DNA of 64,000 nt. It comes from Octopus vulgaris (taxonomy: Eukaryota). Made by a program: the position numbers and the translations under genes. Positions 61,819 to 64,000 of this stretch are shown in pieces. Below the pieces are notes generated by a model that saw only the letters and a list, made by a program, of their open reading frames with translations, ran no database searches and was not told the origin of the DNA. The DNA is taken from positions 192,634,001 through 192,698,000 of the forward strand of contig OX597815.1 in the NCBI GenBank assembly GCA_951406725.2, given 5' to 3'. The stretch's first letter is position 1; every line of letters starts with the position of its first letter.

Positions 61819-61949
61819 TATATATTCATAAATGTCAAAAGGCAACTGGTAGACCATGCAAAACTGCCATGTAAGATGTTTGAGCCATGACTGTAGGAAT
61901 TTTTGCAGCAGGAATTTTTGAGAAAATAAAAGTAAGTAATGGCATGGAA

Positions 61950-62168
61950 GTGAGCTGCTTTACAGTGTCTCATCATCTGAAGGAGTTTGGATTAAAGACT
62001 TGTTGCCCAGAAACGAAACCTTTAATTTCTTCATAGAGCTTAAGAACGCGTGAAACTACACTTTAAGATCTCCTTATATCTCAAAATAGCCAAAAGAGTC
62101 ATTCCTGAAACTCTCATCCAGACGATTTCTTTTCGGAGGTCAGGAGTAACTTTAGCATGGTGTGTCAT
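61950..62168 (-). mobile_element. Degraded Tc1-like transposase N-terminal HTH relic
   Basis: MTHHAKVTPDLRKEIVWMRVSGMTLLAI... then, after a frameshift, SVVSRVLKLYEE. Confidence 0.45.
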
Positions 62169-62750
62169 GTTCAGAAGCTAGCACAATACTGAGACGGTAG
62201 TAACGTTGAGCCTGCAAATGTAAACAATGTTTGAAATTTCCAGAAATTTCTGAAAGAATCTAACTGTTCTCTTATTTTGCGCATGAGACATTTGGACAAA
62301 ACTAGCGTTAGTGTTATTAACTTTTATTAAGACCATTGTACAAACTTAGATTTTTCTGAGAATTTAGCTAATGGCTAACTGTGTTTACAAAACTAATTGT
62401 GAATTTGTACATTCAGTAGCTTTTCCAACATATTGCCCTTCCTAAAACCAACCACCCAGCAGAATGCTTTTTATGTGGCACCAGCACAAGCAAGGTCAGT
62501 TTAGGCATGGTTTCTGAAACTGGGTGCCGTTCCTAACACCAACAACTTTACAATGTGGACTGGATGCTTTTTACATGGCACCAGCACCAGCAGGGTCATT
62601 AAGTAACTTACAAGACAAAGAACCTTTGAGAGGGGAGGGGACATTGGAGGAGATGATCTTGTGTCAGATGATGAAAGGTTATAGTGAGACAGAGAGAGAC
62701 AGAAACAGGTGTCTTACTGTAGAGGAAGTACATGGTTACCCAGCTAGAGA

Positions 62751-62793
<43 letters not shown>

Positions 62794-63171
62794 ATCATTT
62801 AGAATACACAATTATAAAAGGACAACTTATAGTTTCATGCTTGAAGATACATTAAATTAACAGATTTATATAACATGCCATGTACCGTCAAGTAATCTTT
62901 CAGGCTCAGTTTATATTGTTAGATGTATTTTTAAAAAAACCAGGATGCTGGTCTTTGAGAAAAAAAAATGAGAAGAAAAACACAAAGAAGGTTGATGGAA
63001 AAAGAGGAATGAGAAGAAAGGAAAGAAGAGTAAGAAAACCAAGTTTTTTGTCTTCTTTGGCAGTAGAAACCATAATTAACGAAGCTGGTGCTGAATAATA
63101 GAACAGAAAAGACTCTGGATGTGGTACTTGTTTTGTTGACCTTAGAATGGAACAACACACAGACACACAGA

Positions 63172-63209
<38 letters not shown>

Positions 63210-63705
63210 GTTTGGAGATTTGGCATTTGATGCCCAGTGTCCAACTTTAGAGGAGGTTTGTGTGCAGATATAGTTTTGCATGCCAATTAGAAAAAAAACA
63301 CATTTTAGAGAAATTTATAATACAAAAGTTAATAACCTTTAAATATTGATATTTTTTTGTAATTTTAGCCAATCAGGCATATTGATTCTCAACAGATTCT
63401 TGCAAAGTGCCATGTTTTTAATTTGAGTTTTTTTTTTTGGGGGGGGGGGATTCTGAAACTCAAGTAAAAGAAAAACGAAAACATCTCGTCTTTGGAGAAA
63501 TTGATAATAAAGACACTGCAGATTAAAAAAAGGCTATAGGCTTCACACAAGCATAGAATGGCATTCAGTGGGGAATACAGTCTCAGAGAACAACTTCCTA
63601 GAGATTCTATGCTATCGTTATTTTAATTCCTTGCTGTTTCAAGAAGACATACTGACAAAACATAGGCCTGGCAAGCATCCAGATACATCCAGAAATGTTT
63701 TGATT

Positions 63706-64000
63706 ACTCTTTTACTCGTTTACTTGTTTCAGTCATTTGACTGTGGCCATGCTGGGGCACCGCCTTTTAGTTGAGCAAATCGATGCCAGGACTTATTCTT
63801 TGTAAGCCTAGTACTTATTCTATCGGTCTCTTTTGCCGATCCACTAAGTTACGGGCACGTAAACACACCAGCATCGGTTGTCAAGCAATGTTGGGGGGAC
63901 AAACACAGACACACAAACATATACACATACACATATATACACATGTACATACATATATACGACGGGCTTCTTTCAGTTTCCGTCAACCAAATCCACTCAC
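63706..64000 (-). mobile_element. SINE A copy running off the window edge
   Basis: Matches family tail and body. Confidence 0.9.

Noticed and set aside
62880-63286. Overlapping ORFs in unique-looking sequence as possible upstream exons of the zinc-finger gene
   Set aside because: Interrupted by (CA)n, weak splice signals and no recognisable homology

Overview
AT-rich, microsatellite-saturated eukaryotic (animal) DNA with no prokaryotic features. The repeat landscape is most consistent with a coleoid cephalopod such as Octopus, which is an inference from pattern recognition and not a database result. Most ORFs in the six-frame track are translations of simple repeats. The one solid host coding segment is a ~1.3 kb terminal exon on the minus strand (49299-50636) encoding a low-complexity region followed by three C2H2/C2HC zinc fingers. 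A weaker candidate terminal exon lies at 7021-7142 (-). The rest is mostly mobile DNA: three tRNA-derived SINE families, 5'-truncated RTE-clade LINEs (one family with a GC-rich ~60-bp hairpin minisatellite in its 3' UTR), three degenerate mariner elements, Tc1/maT fragments, an internally deleted piggyBac, non-autonomous Helitrons/Helentrons, hAT-like MITEs and a Penelope-like (GIY-YIG) remnant. The most striking hidden signal is about 13-15 minimal type I hammerhead ribozyme motifs (CUGAnGA-stem II-GAAA-palindromic stem III-UH) from at least 8 unrelated short non-coding element families. They sit mostly beside (TA)n or (TAA)n tracts, often within fold-back structures, which suggests a diverse set of non-autonomous Penelope-type ribozyme retroelements. 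A 40-bp inverted insert in the LINE minisatellite records a miniature duplication-inversion-duplication template switch.
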